NCBI GenBank assembly: GCA_013388635.1
Contig: JACAEX010000032.1
Span: 2,112 to 66,111, forward strand
DNA length: 64,000 bases
From: Syntrophaceae bacterium
GTDB taxonomy: Bacteria > Desulfobacterota > BSN033 > UBA1163
Direction: 5' to 3'
The translations under genes and the position numbers were made by a program. Of this stretch, positions 49,309-58,622 are shown piece by piece. How positions within the stretch are numbered: the stretch's first letter is position 1; each line of letters starts with the position of its first letter. The notes beneath the pieces are model-generated. The model was not told the DNA's origin, made no database searches, and worked only from the letters and a program-made list of their open reading frames with translations.

Positions 49309-51270
49309 TTATATCTTTTCAAGCGTGGCCATTCCCAACAGCCTGAGAAGATTCGCCATCACATTTTGAAATGCCCTGACCAGCGAAAGCCGGAAGGTTC
49401 GAAGCCCGTTGTCCTGAAGGTGGATGAACAGGGTTTGGACCTCTGCCTGCGGGTCTGGATGTTCATAAAAATTGGTGAATGAGCTGGCCAGGTCAAAGGC
49501 ATATTCAGCCAGTTGAGATACCCTCAGGGTCTCACCCGTTCTGGCAACGACTGAGGAAAAACTTGAGAGGACATCCAAAAGACCCCTCTCGGTCTCCGTC
49601 AAATCAGCAGGGATGCAATCCCTTCGCCACTCGAGATCGATCATCCGCTCTTCAGCCTTTCTCAGGATACTGCATGCCCTGGCATGGGCATATTCCAGGT
49701 ACACCCCTGTGTCACCCGTCGTCTTCAGCGCCTCATCAAAGTCGAAGACGATCTGGCTCTCCAGCGTAAACTTAAGCAGGTAGTAGCGGATGGCAGCAGA
49801 GGCCAGTGACGACGCCACACCCTCCTCCAGGGGATGATCTGCCTTCTCGATCACCTTCTGTTTCACCATCCGGATAAAGTCATTTGCCTTTACCCCTGTT
49901 CCTGATCGACCCGACATGGCAAAGGCCTTCTTCTCATTCGTCTCCTCCATGCCAAGAAGCCGTGCGGCCTGTGCAGAGAGGTTGACCACTTCATAAGCTA
50001 AGTGGATCGACTCCTCAGCCTCTTTCTCAAAACCGATCTGCCGAAGGCACTCGCCGACCACCTGCTGGGGATAGCTCTGCCGTCTGTCGATCACATTGAT
50101 CACCCGATCGGCATGGCCAAAACGGCGAGGAAGCCGATCTGCCGGCTCCCCCTGCTGCGCCGTTGTCCAGAGCATCTCTCCATTGTTCTGAATGCCCCAC
50201 GGCCTGTAGAGGAAATCCCTCTGAAGCAGGCCGAACTTCCAGAGCTGGTAAGCCACATCCTTTCCCGTATAGGTGACGCTGCCGTTCGAGCGGACCAGGA
50301 TCTTATCCAGACTCTTCACCCCTTCATCGGTCTCAACCAGGCCACCGAAAGGAACGACCCAGCATCCTTTGTTCGGGCCATCGGTCTCAAATCGGATCGC
50401 CTTCCTCTCCTTGAGGAGCTCAAACGTGGCCTCCCAGAAACCCTGACGGATGATGTCCGACTCCCAGTTGAGAAGGTCATAGAATATGGAAAGTTGAGCG
50501 ACCGTCTCCAGATGCGCCTGAACAATCTTCCTGGCCAACTCCTTTGCAAAGGAAGAAATGGGATGCTTGCCACCCTCGATCTGATGGAGCACCTCCTCTC
50601 TCTTCTGAAGAAGGGTTGGGTTTGCTTCGACCTCATTCTGAAAACGGGCGTAGAGATCCCAGCAGAAGTAGTCGAGCGGCTGATCCTCCGGGACCTTTTG
50701 CCATATGTCTTCGAATCCAGAGCTGCCTGGTGTGAAGCGAGGAGGATCAAGATAGAGCAACGCGGTCACCACATCGACCACTTGAAGACCTGTATCGTCG
50801 ATGTAGTTGCAGACCTCCGTGGAAAACCCCAGCCACTCGAGCACCCTGGCCACGGTATCTCCCAGGACCGCGTTCCTCAGGTGACCGATGTGCATGGCCT
50901 TGTTCGGATTGACGCTGGTATGTTCGATGAAGACCTTCTCTTTTCGGGTTGAGGCCGGACGGCCAAAGGCATCCCCTTTTTCGAGGATTTGCGGAAGGAG
51001 GTCCTCTGCCAGAGCCCGCCAATCCACCTTGAAGTTTATATATCCAGGAGGGCTGGACGTCACCTCCCGGATGTAGGGAGGAAGATTGGATCTCAATTTC
51101 TCGACCGTCTCTTTTGCGATCTCTAAGGGAGGCCGGCGCCTCTCCTTTGCAAGGGAGAGGCAGATCGCGCTTGAGAAGTCTCCGATCTCCTTCTGTGGGG
51201 GCACGTTGAAAGGTATCTCCTCAACGGTCAGAAGTTCTTTCAGTAATGTCGCAACCCCGTCCCTGATCAT
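49309..51270 (-). CDS. argS: Arginine--tRNA ligase (long form)
   Basis: Arg_tRNA_synt_N region. HIGH motif (HIGHLRNAVLGD). DALR anticodon-binding domain (YLEYAHARACSILRKA). 653 aa. Confidence 0.85.
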   Translation of the reverse strand: MIRDGVATLLKELLTVEEIPFNVPPQKEIGDFSSAICLSLAKERRRPPLEIAKETVEKLRSNLPPYIREVTSSPPGYINFKVDWRALAEDLLPQILEKGDAFGRPASTRKEKVFIEHTSVNPNKAMHIGHLRNAVLGDTVARVLEWLGFSTEVCNYIDDTGLQVVDVVTALLYLDPPRFTPGSSGFEDIWQKVPEDQPLDYFCWDLYARFQNEVEANPTLLQKREEVLHQIEGGKHPISSFAKELARKIVQAHLETVAQLSIFYDLLNWESDIIRQGFWEATFELLKERKAIRFETDGPNKGCWVVPFGGLVETDEGVKSLDKILVRSNGSVTYTGKDVAYQLWKFGLLQRDFLYRPWGIQNNGEMLWTTAQQGEPADRLPRRFGHADRVINVIDRRQSYPQQVVGECLRQIGFEKEAEESIHLAYEVVNLSAQAARLLGMEETNEKKAFAMSGRSGTGVKANDFIRMVKQKVIEKADHPLEEGVASSLASAAIRYYLLKFTLESQIVFDFDEALKTTGDTGVYLEYAHARACSILRKAEERMIDLEWRRDCIPADLTETERGLLDVLSSFSSVVARTGETLRVSQLAEYAFDLASSFTNFYEHPDPQAEVQTLFIHLQDNGLRTFRLSLVRAFQNVMANLLRLLGMATLEKI

Positions 51271-51363
51271 CTCACCTTCCTTCCCTGCCCTGCTCCATTA
51301 TTATGGGTTACTGGAACAAAAGTCAAGAAGCCTCCTTTACCCCGTCCCGCCTTTATCACGGGC

Positions 51364-53001
51364 ATGAATCCCTTCTCCGAAATTGACACTGTGAAACTCT
51401 GTGGATATAATGGAAAAACTTACGCAACCGATGATCGGTCGAAAAAGGATCTCAAATTGAATTGCCAGAATAAAACCTCTGTTAGAGAGAATATCCTCGA
51501 CCTCTTCAAACCGTTCCCGATCGACCTCATAAAGATTTACCCAAAGTCCTTCTCCTCTGACAAAGGATTGACTTATGGATTGATCAGAACGTCTCAGGGA
51601 AAGAAACTGGCGGTCTTAGGAGAGGCCAGCCTTGTCCTGAAGGACCCCTTCAGAGGGGAATGCTACCGTAACCCCTCGGCACTCAAGGTCTGCGATCTCA
51701 CGGCTGAAAACACTCAGTGCCTGATGGAGCTCTTCCCTTACACGAGACCGTGCTCCCTTCGGAGCCACCCAATCACCATCGGAACCGGGGATCGCCTGGG
51801 CCTGGCCACTCCTGGCCATATCCGGGCGATCCGGAAATTTGATGTCCGTCCGGTCCTGGCCCAGCAGTCTACTCGCGAGAACAGGCAGACCGGAAGGACA
51901 TTTGAAGAGGTGGTCCGCGATGCTGCGTGGGCTGTCTTCCAGGAAGATTATCGGGACGGATATGGAGCAGATGGGGATCATCTCAAGTCCCTTGAGGAGG
52001 TGAAGGACAGCCTCAATTCAGGCGTCTCCATGGTCACTCTCGATCTCTCCGAAAAATTGATCTCCGAAGCCTTTGGCCTTCCAAAAGAGACCATTGATCG
52101 CCGATTTGAGAGGGAGATCGATGTCGGAGATAGGGAGGTTTTCTCCCATATGTTCCTCGGTAAAGAATTCTCATTTCAGACGCTTCGCGGAGGATTTTCT
52201 ATACGGTTTGATGAAGAGACCCTCAAACGAAATGTCCTGCTCTTTCACAAGGCCCTTGACTTTACAGAGGAGGTTTACGAATCTATCCGGTTTCGATCGG
52301 GAGGGGCGCATATCGATTTCGAAATCTCAATCGACGAGACACCCTTTCCCACTTCTCCGGAAAACCATCTCTTCCTCATCATCGAACTGAACCATAGAGG
52401 GATCAGAATCGATTCTCTCGCCCCCCGTTTCGTCGGCGACTTTCAAAAGGGAGTGGACTATCGCGGTGATTTATCAGAATTTCGTCAACAGCTCCGGAAA
52501 CATGTCCGCATCGCAGAAGAGTATGGACATTACAAGATCTCCGTGCACTCAGGAAGCGATAAATTCTCAATCTTCCCTGACTTAGGAGAATTGGCAAGGA
52601 AGGCCCTTCATCTAAAAACAGCCGGTACGAGCTGGCTTGAGGCGATGCGCCTGATCGCCCTTGTCAACCCTTTGCTCTACAGGGAGATGCATCGTTTCGC
52701 GTTTTCGGCATTCAAAGAGGCATCCAAGCTCTACCATGTGACCACAGAGCTTGATCAGATTCCAGACCTTGAAAGCCTTCAGGACGAGGAGCTTCCAGCC
52801 CTTTTGGATCAAGATGACTCAAGACAGCTTCTCCACATCACCTATGGATATCTGCTTAACGCAAGGAATGAGACGGGGAGGAATTTTTTCAGAGAGCGCC
52901 TCTTTCAAACGCTCGCCCGGTATGAGGAAGACTACTGGTCTCTTCTTGAGACACATATTGAAAAGCATTTGACCTCCATTGGGCTAAAGAAGATTAATTA
53001 A
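51364..53001 (+). CDS. Hypothetical 545-aa protein. Possibly a TIM-barrel sugar epimerase/aldolase-accessory-like enzyme (UxaE/GatZ-like), very uncertain.
   Basis: Real gene: long ORF, 59 nt upstream of the next gene, coding-like composition. I recognise no diagnostic motif. IGTGDRLGLATPGH and VHSGSDKFS hint at a metal-dependent sugar enzyme. The functional guess is speculative. Confidence 0.3.
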   Translation: MNPFSEIDTVKLCGYNGKTYATDDRSKKDLKLNCQNKTSVRENILDLFKPFPIDLIKIYPKSFSSDKGLTYGLIRTSQGKKLAVLGEASLVLKDPFRGECYRNPSALKVCDLTAENTQCLMELFPYTRPCSLRSHPITIGTGDRLGLATPGHIRAIRKFDVRPVLAQQSTRENRQTGRTFEEVVRDAAWAVFQEDYRDGYGADGDHLKSLEEVKDSLNSGVSMVTLDLSEKLISEAFGLPKETIDRRFEREIDVGDREVFSHMFLGKEFSFQTLRGGFSIRFDEETLKRNVLLFHKALDFTEEVYESIRFRSGGAHIDFEISIDETPFPTSPENHLFLIIELNHRGIRIDSLAPRFVGDFQKGVDYRGDLSEFRQQLRKHVRIAEEYGHYKISVHSGSDKFSIFPDLGELARKALHLKTAGTSWLEAMRLIALVNPLLYREMHRFAFSAFKEASKLYHVTTELDQIPDLESLQDEELPALLDQDDSRQLLHITYGYLLNARNETGRNFFRERLFQTLARYEEDYWSLLETHIEKHLTSIGLKKIN

Positions 53002-53060
53002 GACTGAGAAAAAAGGAGCCCGGGTGTGAAGCTCAACCTTTTGAGAATTTTGGGAGGAGG

Positions 53061-55214
53061 GTGATGGCAGAGATAACACAAGAGGTGATTCAGAGGATCG
53101 TAGATTCCAGTGTTCCTGAAGAGCTTTCCCTTGAAAAAATGCAGCCGATCACGGACGATCATGCCAGCCATATCCTCCAACTCATTCAGATGGGTCAGAC
53201 CTGCCTGGCCGCAGACCACGTCCTCTTTCCTGAGATAAACGGAGCTCTGTCAAAAACGGTGGGTGGAGTGATCCAAAGGCTCAACATTCTCTTCACCCAA
53301 TCCAGACTGAAGAAAGAGGAGCCAAAAACATCCCTTAGCAAGGCGGTCAATCTCCGGCAATATGCCTACGAAGCCCTGTTGGAGATGGCCCTGAACTTTT
53401 ATGGTTTGGAGAGTCGCTGGCTCATCGAAGATGAGAAGTCCGAATGCCTCGAATATATTTTGAACGTGCTGGACGAGTGGGAGAATGTCGAACGAAAAGA
53501 GGGAGGGATTTCGGTCGGCGAGGCGGTCATAAGAAAATGGCTCTCAACGATGAAAAGGGTTCAGAGGGGCCACAGCATGGCGGCAGAAACTGCGCGCCGG
53601 ATTGAAGAGAGCCTGAGCGTTCAAAAAAATCTCTCAATCCACTTCCTGAGGAAGGCTGAAACCGAGATCAAAGGGAATATCTATTATCGGATCGTTAAGG
53701 AAGGGAAATGCAAGTTTGGCAATGACTATGCCCTAGGCCTGAGATGGCTCAGGCATCTCGGTTTTGAACAGGTCTCCACCAACCCTGTTCTGGCTGCCAG
53801 GGCTTATCAGGATGAACCCGGTCTGATTGAGAGGTTTCGAGAAGAGGCACAAAAACATCCAAGCTTCAAGCAGTGGATCTCCAGGCCGTCCCAATATGGA
53901 GAAGAGATCGCCCTTTTCGCAACGCTTCTGGCCCTCTGGGATAACCTCTACGTCTTTCGACCAATCTTCTTCAACCTCGGTGAGACTTCTGGAGGGGGAG
54001 TGGTCAGCTTTCAGCTCAATCCAAACATCGCCCACCTTGTCGAGGAGAGCATTCGAGATGTCTTCAGGGCCTTTTCGCTTGCGTCGGAGAAACTCTCTGC
54101 CTATGACGCCTATCTCTTAGCAGGCTATCGGATCCAGGAAAACAGAGGCAGACCGAACATGGTCATCAAGGTAGCGGCCACGACCCCTGCAGCGAGACAT
54201 ATCACTCGAACCATCAACGCCTTTGGTTTCGGATCCAACATCACGGTCGATTTCAGCCTCAGCCAGGAGGCGACGCTCATTCTCGAAGAAATGGACGGAA
54301 TGGCCAGAGCGGTAAGGAAGGGAATCCACCCAACCCAGCTCTATATGACCAACATGGGAGGACGTCTGGAGAGCCACCTGAGAGAGGTGAAGCTGGAAGA
54401 GCTTTTTCAGGAGTTAAGGAGAAAGATCGGCGAAGAAAGAGCGGTTCAGAAGATCGCTGCCCTCTCCGAAGCAAACGGCACGAAGGAATGGGTATCCAGA
54501 GCGAAAACCTACGAAGAGAAGGTTCGGGCTGTAACCCGGTTTGCTCATGGCCAGAGAAGGATCGATCAGCCCATCTTTGAGGCCTTAAAAGAGGTCGCTT
54601 CAAAAGAGCCCCTTCAGACCTGGGAGGAGGCGATCAGCAAATCAGGAACACTGGTGGCAAGAAGGGTCTGGTCAATCTTCTTTTCCTGGGAGAACCGTGA
54701 GAGATGGGTCGCCTACCTGATGAAGAACTATAACCTTACCCATGATCAGGCCAAATTGATCATGGGTCGCATTCACTACCTTCCCGCATCCAAAAGAAAA
54801 CCGCTTGATACCTATTGGACGCTCTCCTCCCGAAACCTGGTCCACACCGAATTTCCAGACCATCAGGAGAATGTGAGAAAGATGGCCGAAGGACCTCAAT
54901 TCGATCTGAAAGAATATGAAGAGTCGATTTCACATACCTTTCCCTCCGGAACTCTCGAGCAGCTGAATCAGATCGACGATTTCCGGAGGGCCTTTGAGAT
55001 CAACTCTGAGTTAGCCGAAATCTTCAAAGGGGTGGGCATTTTGGATGATCTGGGCTCAATGGGTTTAGATCCTGAGGACTGGCCGAGCTTCGGTCCTGTT
55101 CAGAAGACGATTTCTGAATTCAGATCGGCTTACGATGCCTTCCAGAAGGAGATGGTCTCCGCTCTTAGAAAACCTCTCAAGAAAAAGAAGAGCAGGTCCG
55201 TGATGAAAAGATGA
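53061..55214 (+). CDS. Transaldolase-fold protein, atypically long (717 aa), with N- and C-terminal extensions
   Basis: Core transaldolase motifs in the right order and spacing: EQVSTNP (TTNPSL-like), MVIKVAATTP (Schiff-base Lys, cf. ILIKLAST), GSNITVDFSLSQEA (cf. NCNLTLLFSFAQA), TNMGGRL (cf. SPFVGRI). These span residues about 220..440. The remaining roughly 215 aa N-terminal and 270 aa C-terminal are unassigned. Confidence 0.6.
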   Translation: MMAEITQEVIQRIVDSSVPEELSLEKMQPITDDHASHILQLIQMGQTCLAADHVLFPEINGALSKTVGGVIQRLNILFTQSRLKKEEPKTSLSKAVNLRQYAYEALLEMALNFYGLESRWLIEDEKSECLEYILNVLDEWENVERKEGGISVGEAVIRKWLSTMKRVQRGHSMAAETARRIEESLSVQKNLSIHFLRKAETEIKGNIYYRIVKEGKCKFGNDYALGLRWLRHLGFEQVSTNPVLAARAYQDEPGLIERFREEAQKHPSFKQWISRPSQYGEEIALFATLLALWDNLYVFRPIFFNLGETSGGGVVSFQLNPNIAHLVEESIRDVFRAFSLASEKLSAYDAYLLAGYRIQENRGRPNMVIKVAATTPAARHITRTINAFGFGSNITVDFSLSQEATLILEEMDGMARAVRKGIHPTQLYMTNMGGRLESHLREVKLEELFQELRRKIGEERAVQKIAALSEANGTKEWVSRAKTYEEKVRAVTRFAHGQRRIDQPIFEALKEVASKEPLQTWEEAISKSGTLVARRVWSIFFSWENRERWVAYLMKNYNLTHDQAKLIMGRIHYLPASKRKPLDTYWTLSSRNLVHTEFPDHQENVRKMAEGPQFDLKEYEESISHTFPSGTLEQLNQIDDFRRAFEINSELAEIFKGVGILDDLGSMGLDPEDWPSFGPVQKTISEFRSAYDAFQKEMVSALRKPLKKKKSRSVMKR

Positions 55215-55224
55215 GGGAGTTGCC

Positions 55225-56061
55225 GTGAAGATCTCAATCTGCAATGAGCTTTTTCAGGGTTGGCCCATTGAAAGGGTCTTTGAGTATGCCAGCCGATTGG
55301 GCTACGAAGGCGTTGAGATTGCCCCTTACACCCTGGCCGATTCGGTTACGGAAATCTCCCTCCCAAGGCGCAGGGCGATCCGCCAGGCAGCGGAGAGGAG
55401 CGGCATCGAAATCGTCGGACTCCACTGGCTTCTCGTAAAACCTGAAGGGCTTCACATCAGCCATCCGGATGAGATCATCCGGATAAGGACCCAGGAGTAT
55501 ATGGAGGCCCTTATCCATTTCTGTGCGGATATCGGCGGGAAGTTCCTGATCCACGGTTCTCCCCACCAGAGGACGGTTCAGGAGAGATGGAACTTTAATG
55601 ATTCTTGGGAAAGGGCCAAGGAGACGTTCCGGGCCTGCCTTGAGACCGCAAGAAAAAGAGAGGTGACCTATTGCATTGAGCCAATCTCACGAGAGGCCAC
55701 CAATTTCGTCAACACCGTGGAAGAAGCGCTTCGCCTGGTCACAGAGATCAGACATCCCAATTTCAAAATGATGTTCGATTGTCGGCATGCGGCTGCTCAG
55801 GAAAAGTCGGTGACAGAAGCCCTGATCCATGCCCTGGATTCCCGGATGCTCTGCCATGTCCACGTCAACGACATCAGTGGAAAGGGGCCTGGTTTTGGAG
55901 AGACCAGGTTCTCGCCCATCCTGAAAATGTTGATGAAAAATAACTATAAGGGTTACCTCTCCGTGGAGGTCTTTGACTTTGACCCGGATCCCCAGACGAT
56001 CGCCAGCCGAAGTATCGGATACCTGAAGGGGATCCTGGAGACCCTTTCCGAGAAGGGCTGA
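55225..56061 (+). CDS. Sugar phosphate isomerase/epimerase (xylose-isomerase-like TIM barrel; ketose 3-epimerase / hydroxypyruvate isomerase family)
   Basis: GTG start behind a GAGGGAG RBS. GYEGVEI. Metal-binding Glu and His positions (CIEP...E, HVHVND). 278 aa. Confidence 0.75.
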   Translation: MKISICNELFQGWPIERVFEYASRLGYEGVEIAPYTLADSVTEISLPRRRAIRQAAERSGIEIVGLHWLLVKPEGLHISHPDEIIRIRTQEYMEALIHFCADIGGKFLIHGSPHQRTVQERWNFNDSWERAKETFRACLETARKREVTYCIEPISREATNFVNTVEEALRLVTEIRHPNFKMMFDCRHAAAQEKSVTEALIHALDSRMLCHVHVNDISGKGPGFGETRFSPILKMLMKNNYKGYLSVEVFDFDPDPQTIASRSIGYLKGILETLSEKG

Positions 56062-56116
56062 TCCCCCTCTCCTCATCCCCGAGCCTGGTCCATCTTTCCC
56101 GGAAGAGCACGGGCTC

Positions 56117-56620
56117 TCAGATCCCATCCCAGTCGAGCGCAACCTTTTCAGATGGCAAAGGTATGATAAAAACCGGCTTTCGGGTTCGACTTAATACTGC
56201 GCTGGAGACGCTTCCAAGAAAGGTGTGGGCCAAGAAACCCTTCCCATGACTTCCGAGGACGATCACATCGCATCCCTCTTTCTCCGCCGCGTTCAATATC
56301 TCTTCTGGAGGATGGCCACGCGGGATGAGAATCTTCGACACCAGTTCGACGCATGGAGGTCCAAACTGGGCCTCTGCCTTTTCGCAAAAGACCTTCAGGT
56401 GCTTTCTGATCTCCTCACGAGCCTCCTCCTGCTGTCTCTGCTTTACATCAGGCGACACGCCTGTATACCACTCCGCATATGGAGGAATGGGTTCAATGGC
56501 ATGTAAGATGACAATCCTTGCCTGATGTTTCTTTGCCAGGTCGATCGCGTAGAGAAACGCATAAGAAGAGTTTTTGCTTAGATCCGTCGCATAAAGAATC
56601 TTCTTGATCTGTGGAATCAT
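56117..56620 (-). CDS. Universal stress protein (UspA family)
   Basis: KKILYATDLS...ILHAIEP N-terminus. GSHGKG ATP-binding motif. Start taken at MIPQIKKIL. Confidence 0.8.
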   Translation of the reverse strand: MIPQIKKILYATDLSKNSSYAFLYAIDLAKKHQARIVILHAIEPIPPYAEWYTGVSPDVKQRQQEEAREEIRKHLKVFCEKAEAQFGPPCVELVSKILIPRGHPPEEILNAAEKEGCDVIVLGSHGKGFLAHTFLGSVSSAVLSRTRKPVFIIPLPSEKVALDWDGI

Positions 56621-56759
56621 CTCTCTCCTCCCTATCCTTTCATGAGCCCTATCAGATCCCTGGGTCACCAATTTAATGCCGACCTCAAAGCTCCTCCCCT
56701 TACCACCTGAATATCGGAGTTTCTACACACGTTCTCTTAGAGGCCCTGATCGTCGCTCC

Positions 56760-57587
56760 TTAATTCTGCAACTCCCTGTAATGTCTCATCGCCTCAGGGA
56801 TATGGGCCCTGATCTGTTCGATCCGTGTCTCCGGCACAGGATGAGTCGATAGAAACTCCGGCACTTTGCTTCCTTCTTTCTTCTTCATTCTTTGCCAAAA
56901 TGCAATCGCCTCTCCAGGATCATATCCCGCTTTTGCCATCAATACAAGACCGATCCGGTCCGCTTCTGACTCATGAAGCCGGCTGTAAGGAAGCAAAAAC
57001 CCCAGATTGGCCGTGACGCCATAGACACCTAAAAAAATCTGTTGCGTCTGACCGGTATGCTTGGCAAGGGCAGCCGACAAACCGATCCCGCCGAGCTGGA
57101 CCAGCAGGGCTTCACTCATCCTTTCGTTCCCGTGCTTGGCCATAGCATGAGCGACCTCATGACCCATCACGACCGCAAGCCCGGTTTCATCCTGAGTTAA
57201 TGGTAGGATGCCAGTATAGACGGCCACCTTTCCTCCTGGCATGCACCAGGCATTGACCACCTTATCATCTTCAATGAGATTGAACTCCCATTTGTAATTC
57301 TTGATGTCGGATTCTAACCCTGACTCCCTAAGAAATTCTTCGCAGGCCCTGGCGATCCTTTCACCAACCCTCTTTACCATCTGAACCTTGACCGGGTCGT
57401 TTGAAAGCTTTGACTTCTGCAAGACCTCTGCATACTGTTGAAAACTCAAGGATAGAAGTTGCGAGTCAGGGATGAGGCGCAGCCCTTTCCTTCCGGTCAG
57501 GGGGACGGTCGCACACGCAATGACCAGAAACAGAGTACCGATCACACCCAACCAGAACCGTCCTGGGGTCAGGTCTTGAAATATCAT
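56760..57587 (-). CDS. M48-family zinc metallopeptidase (YcaL/BepA-like), with N-terminal signal/TM
   Basis: HEVAHAMAKH (HExxH). Downstream E (ESEADRIG). N-terminal hydrophobic segment. Confidence 0.8.
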   Translation of the reverse strand: MIFQDLTPGRFWLGVIGTLFLVIACATVPLTGRKGLRLIPDSQLLSLSFQQYAEVLQKSKLSNDPVKVQMVKRVGERIARACEEFLRESGLESDIKNYKWEFNLIEDDKVVNAWCMPGGKVAVYTGILPLTQDETGLAVVMGHEVAHAMAKHGNERMSEALLVQLGGIGLSAALAKHTGQTQQIFLGVYGVTANLGFLLPYSRLHESEADRIGLVLMAKAGYDPGEAIAFWQRMKKKEGSKVPEFLSTHPVPETRIEQIRAHIPEAMRHYRELQN

Positions 57588-58029
57588 TTTTTACCTTACC
57601 ATCCCTATCAGTTAACTGATGATCGTATAACATAATATACATCAGTCCGCTACGATTTGCCATGTGGGCGTCAAAGGCCTGCCCCTCAAGCATCATCTCC
57701 TGCCTGATCTCAATCTTAACCCATGTCCAAACAGAATCATCCATACCCCAGGAAGGAGACCCAACCACAGAAAGACAGAAAATAAGTTAGTCAAACCTCT
57801 ACCTCCACGTACCCACTCCTTTTTTAAGCCGAAGGATAAAGGTAACCCCAGAGTTATTTAACGCCTTTAAGTACCCCCCCTTACAGAGGCTCCGTTTCTC
57901 TCAAAAAATAAGGAGAGGAGACAAAAATGGTCTCTTTCAAAAACTCACCGCTGGTATTTAGATTTTCTTAACTCCCAGATACTTATTTAGTTTCAAATAT
58001 TTATTTAAACAATCATCCTGGGGTAAGAA

Positions 58030-58045
58030 TGGCATGGATGATGCA
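58030..58045 (+). promoter_or_regulatory. Sigma-54-like -24/-12 element: TGGCAT-N5-ATGCA
   Basis: GG and GC are at canonical spacing. The -12 region sits about 45 nt upstream of the preferred lipoprotein start at 58089. Confidence 0.4.
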
Positions 58046-58088
58046 TTTATTTCCGGGTAAAGAGATCAAAACTTCAGGAGGGATGAAA

Positions 58089-58508
58089 ATGCGGCATGGA
58101 ACAGGAGTTATGGTTTTGATTCTTGTACTGGCTTTCTCAATCTCATTGGTTGGATGCTACAGCACTAAAGTGGTTGTGAAGGAATCGCCTGGATATGAAA
58201 GTGAAAAGAAGGGGCCACCACCATGGGCTCCTGCTCACGGTCACAGAGCCAAGTATCGGTATCATTATTATCCCTCTGCTTATGTCTATTTTGATGTGGG
58301 ACGGCGCCTCTATTTCTATTTTCAAGATGACCAGTGGCGTGTCTCTGCCTCACTCCCGGTAGGAATCCGCATCGCTACCGGGGAGTATGTCGTCTTGGAG
58401 ATGGATACAGACAGACCCTACCAGTTTCACTCGGATGTTGAGAAAAGGTATCCTCCTGGTCAGCTTAAGAAGTCAGACAAAGGAAAAGGCAAGGGCAAGT
58501 GGAATTGA
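58089..58508 (+). CDS. Hypothetical lipoprotein (signal peptide with lipobox LVGC), Tyr/Trp-rich with a C-terminal KGKGKGK tail
   Basis: AGGAGG RBS 7 nt before the ATG at 58089. MRHGTGVMVLILVLAFSISLVGC. The mature part contains PPWAPAHGHRAKYRYHYYP...YFYFQDDQW. The ORF-track start at 58029 would overlap the predicted promoter. Confidence 0.5.
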   Translation: MRHGTGVMVLILVLAFSISLVGCYSTKVVVKESPGYESEKKGPPPWAPAHGHRAKYRYHYYPSAYVYFDVGRRLYFYFQDDQWRVSASLPVGIRIATGEYVVLEMDTDRPYQFHSDVEKRYPPGQLKKSDKGKGKGKWN

Positions 58509-58585
58509 TAGAGGTCTTCCCTTCAAAAAATTTTCATCCTGAGATCCAATAACTTATTTCCACCTCCTTAAATTGCTAAAAAGCC

Positions 58586-58614
58586 TTGCAAGAAATCATC
58601 CTTTTGTGTAATAA
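58586..58614 (+). promoter_or_regulatory. Putative sigma-70 promoter: TTGCAA - 17 nt - TAATAA
   Basis: Ends 8 nt before the ATG at 58623. This implies either a leaderless transcript or use of the downstream Met at 58641. Confidence 0.3.
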
Positions 58615-58622
58615 ATGCTGGC

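Noticed and set aside
57664-57861. 65-aa basic Pro-rich ORF in the 500-bp intergenic region.
   Set aside because: No RBS. Low-complexity composition. Overlaps probable promoter DNA.
58029-58088. ORF-track start MAWMMHLFPGKEIKTSGG for the lipoprotein.
   Set aside because: These 20 residues would precede the signal peptide and overlap the predicted promoter. The ATG at 58089 has an AGGAGG RBS at ideal spacing and starts directly at a lipoprotein signal peptide.
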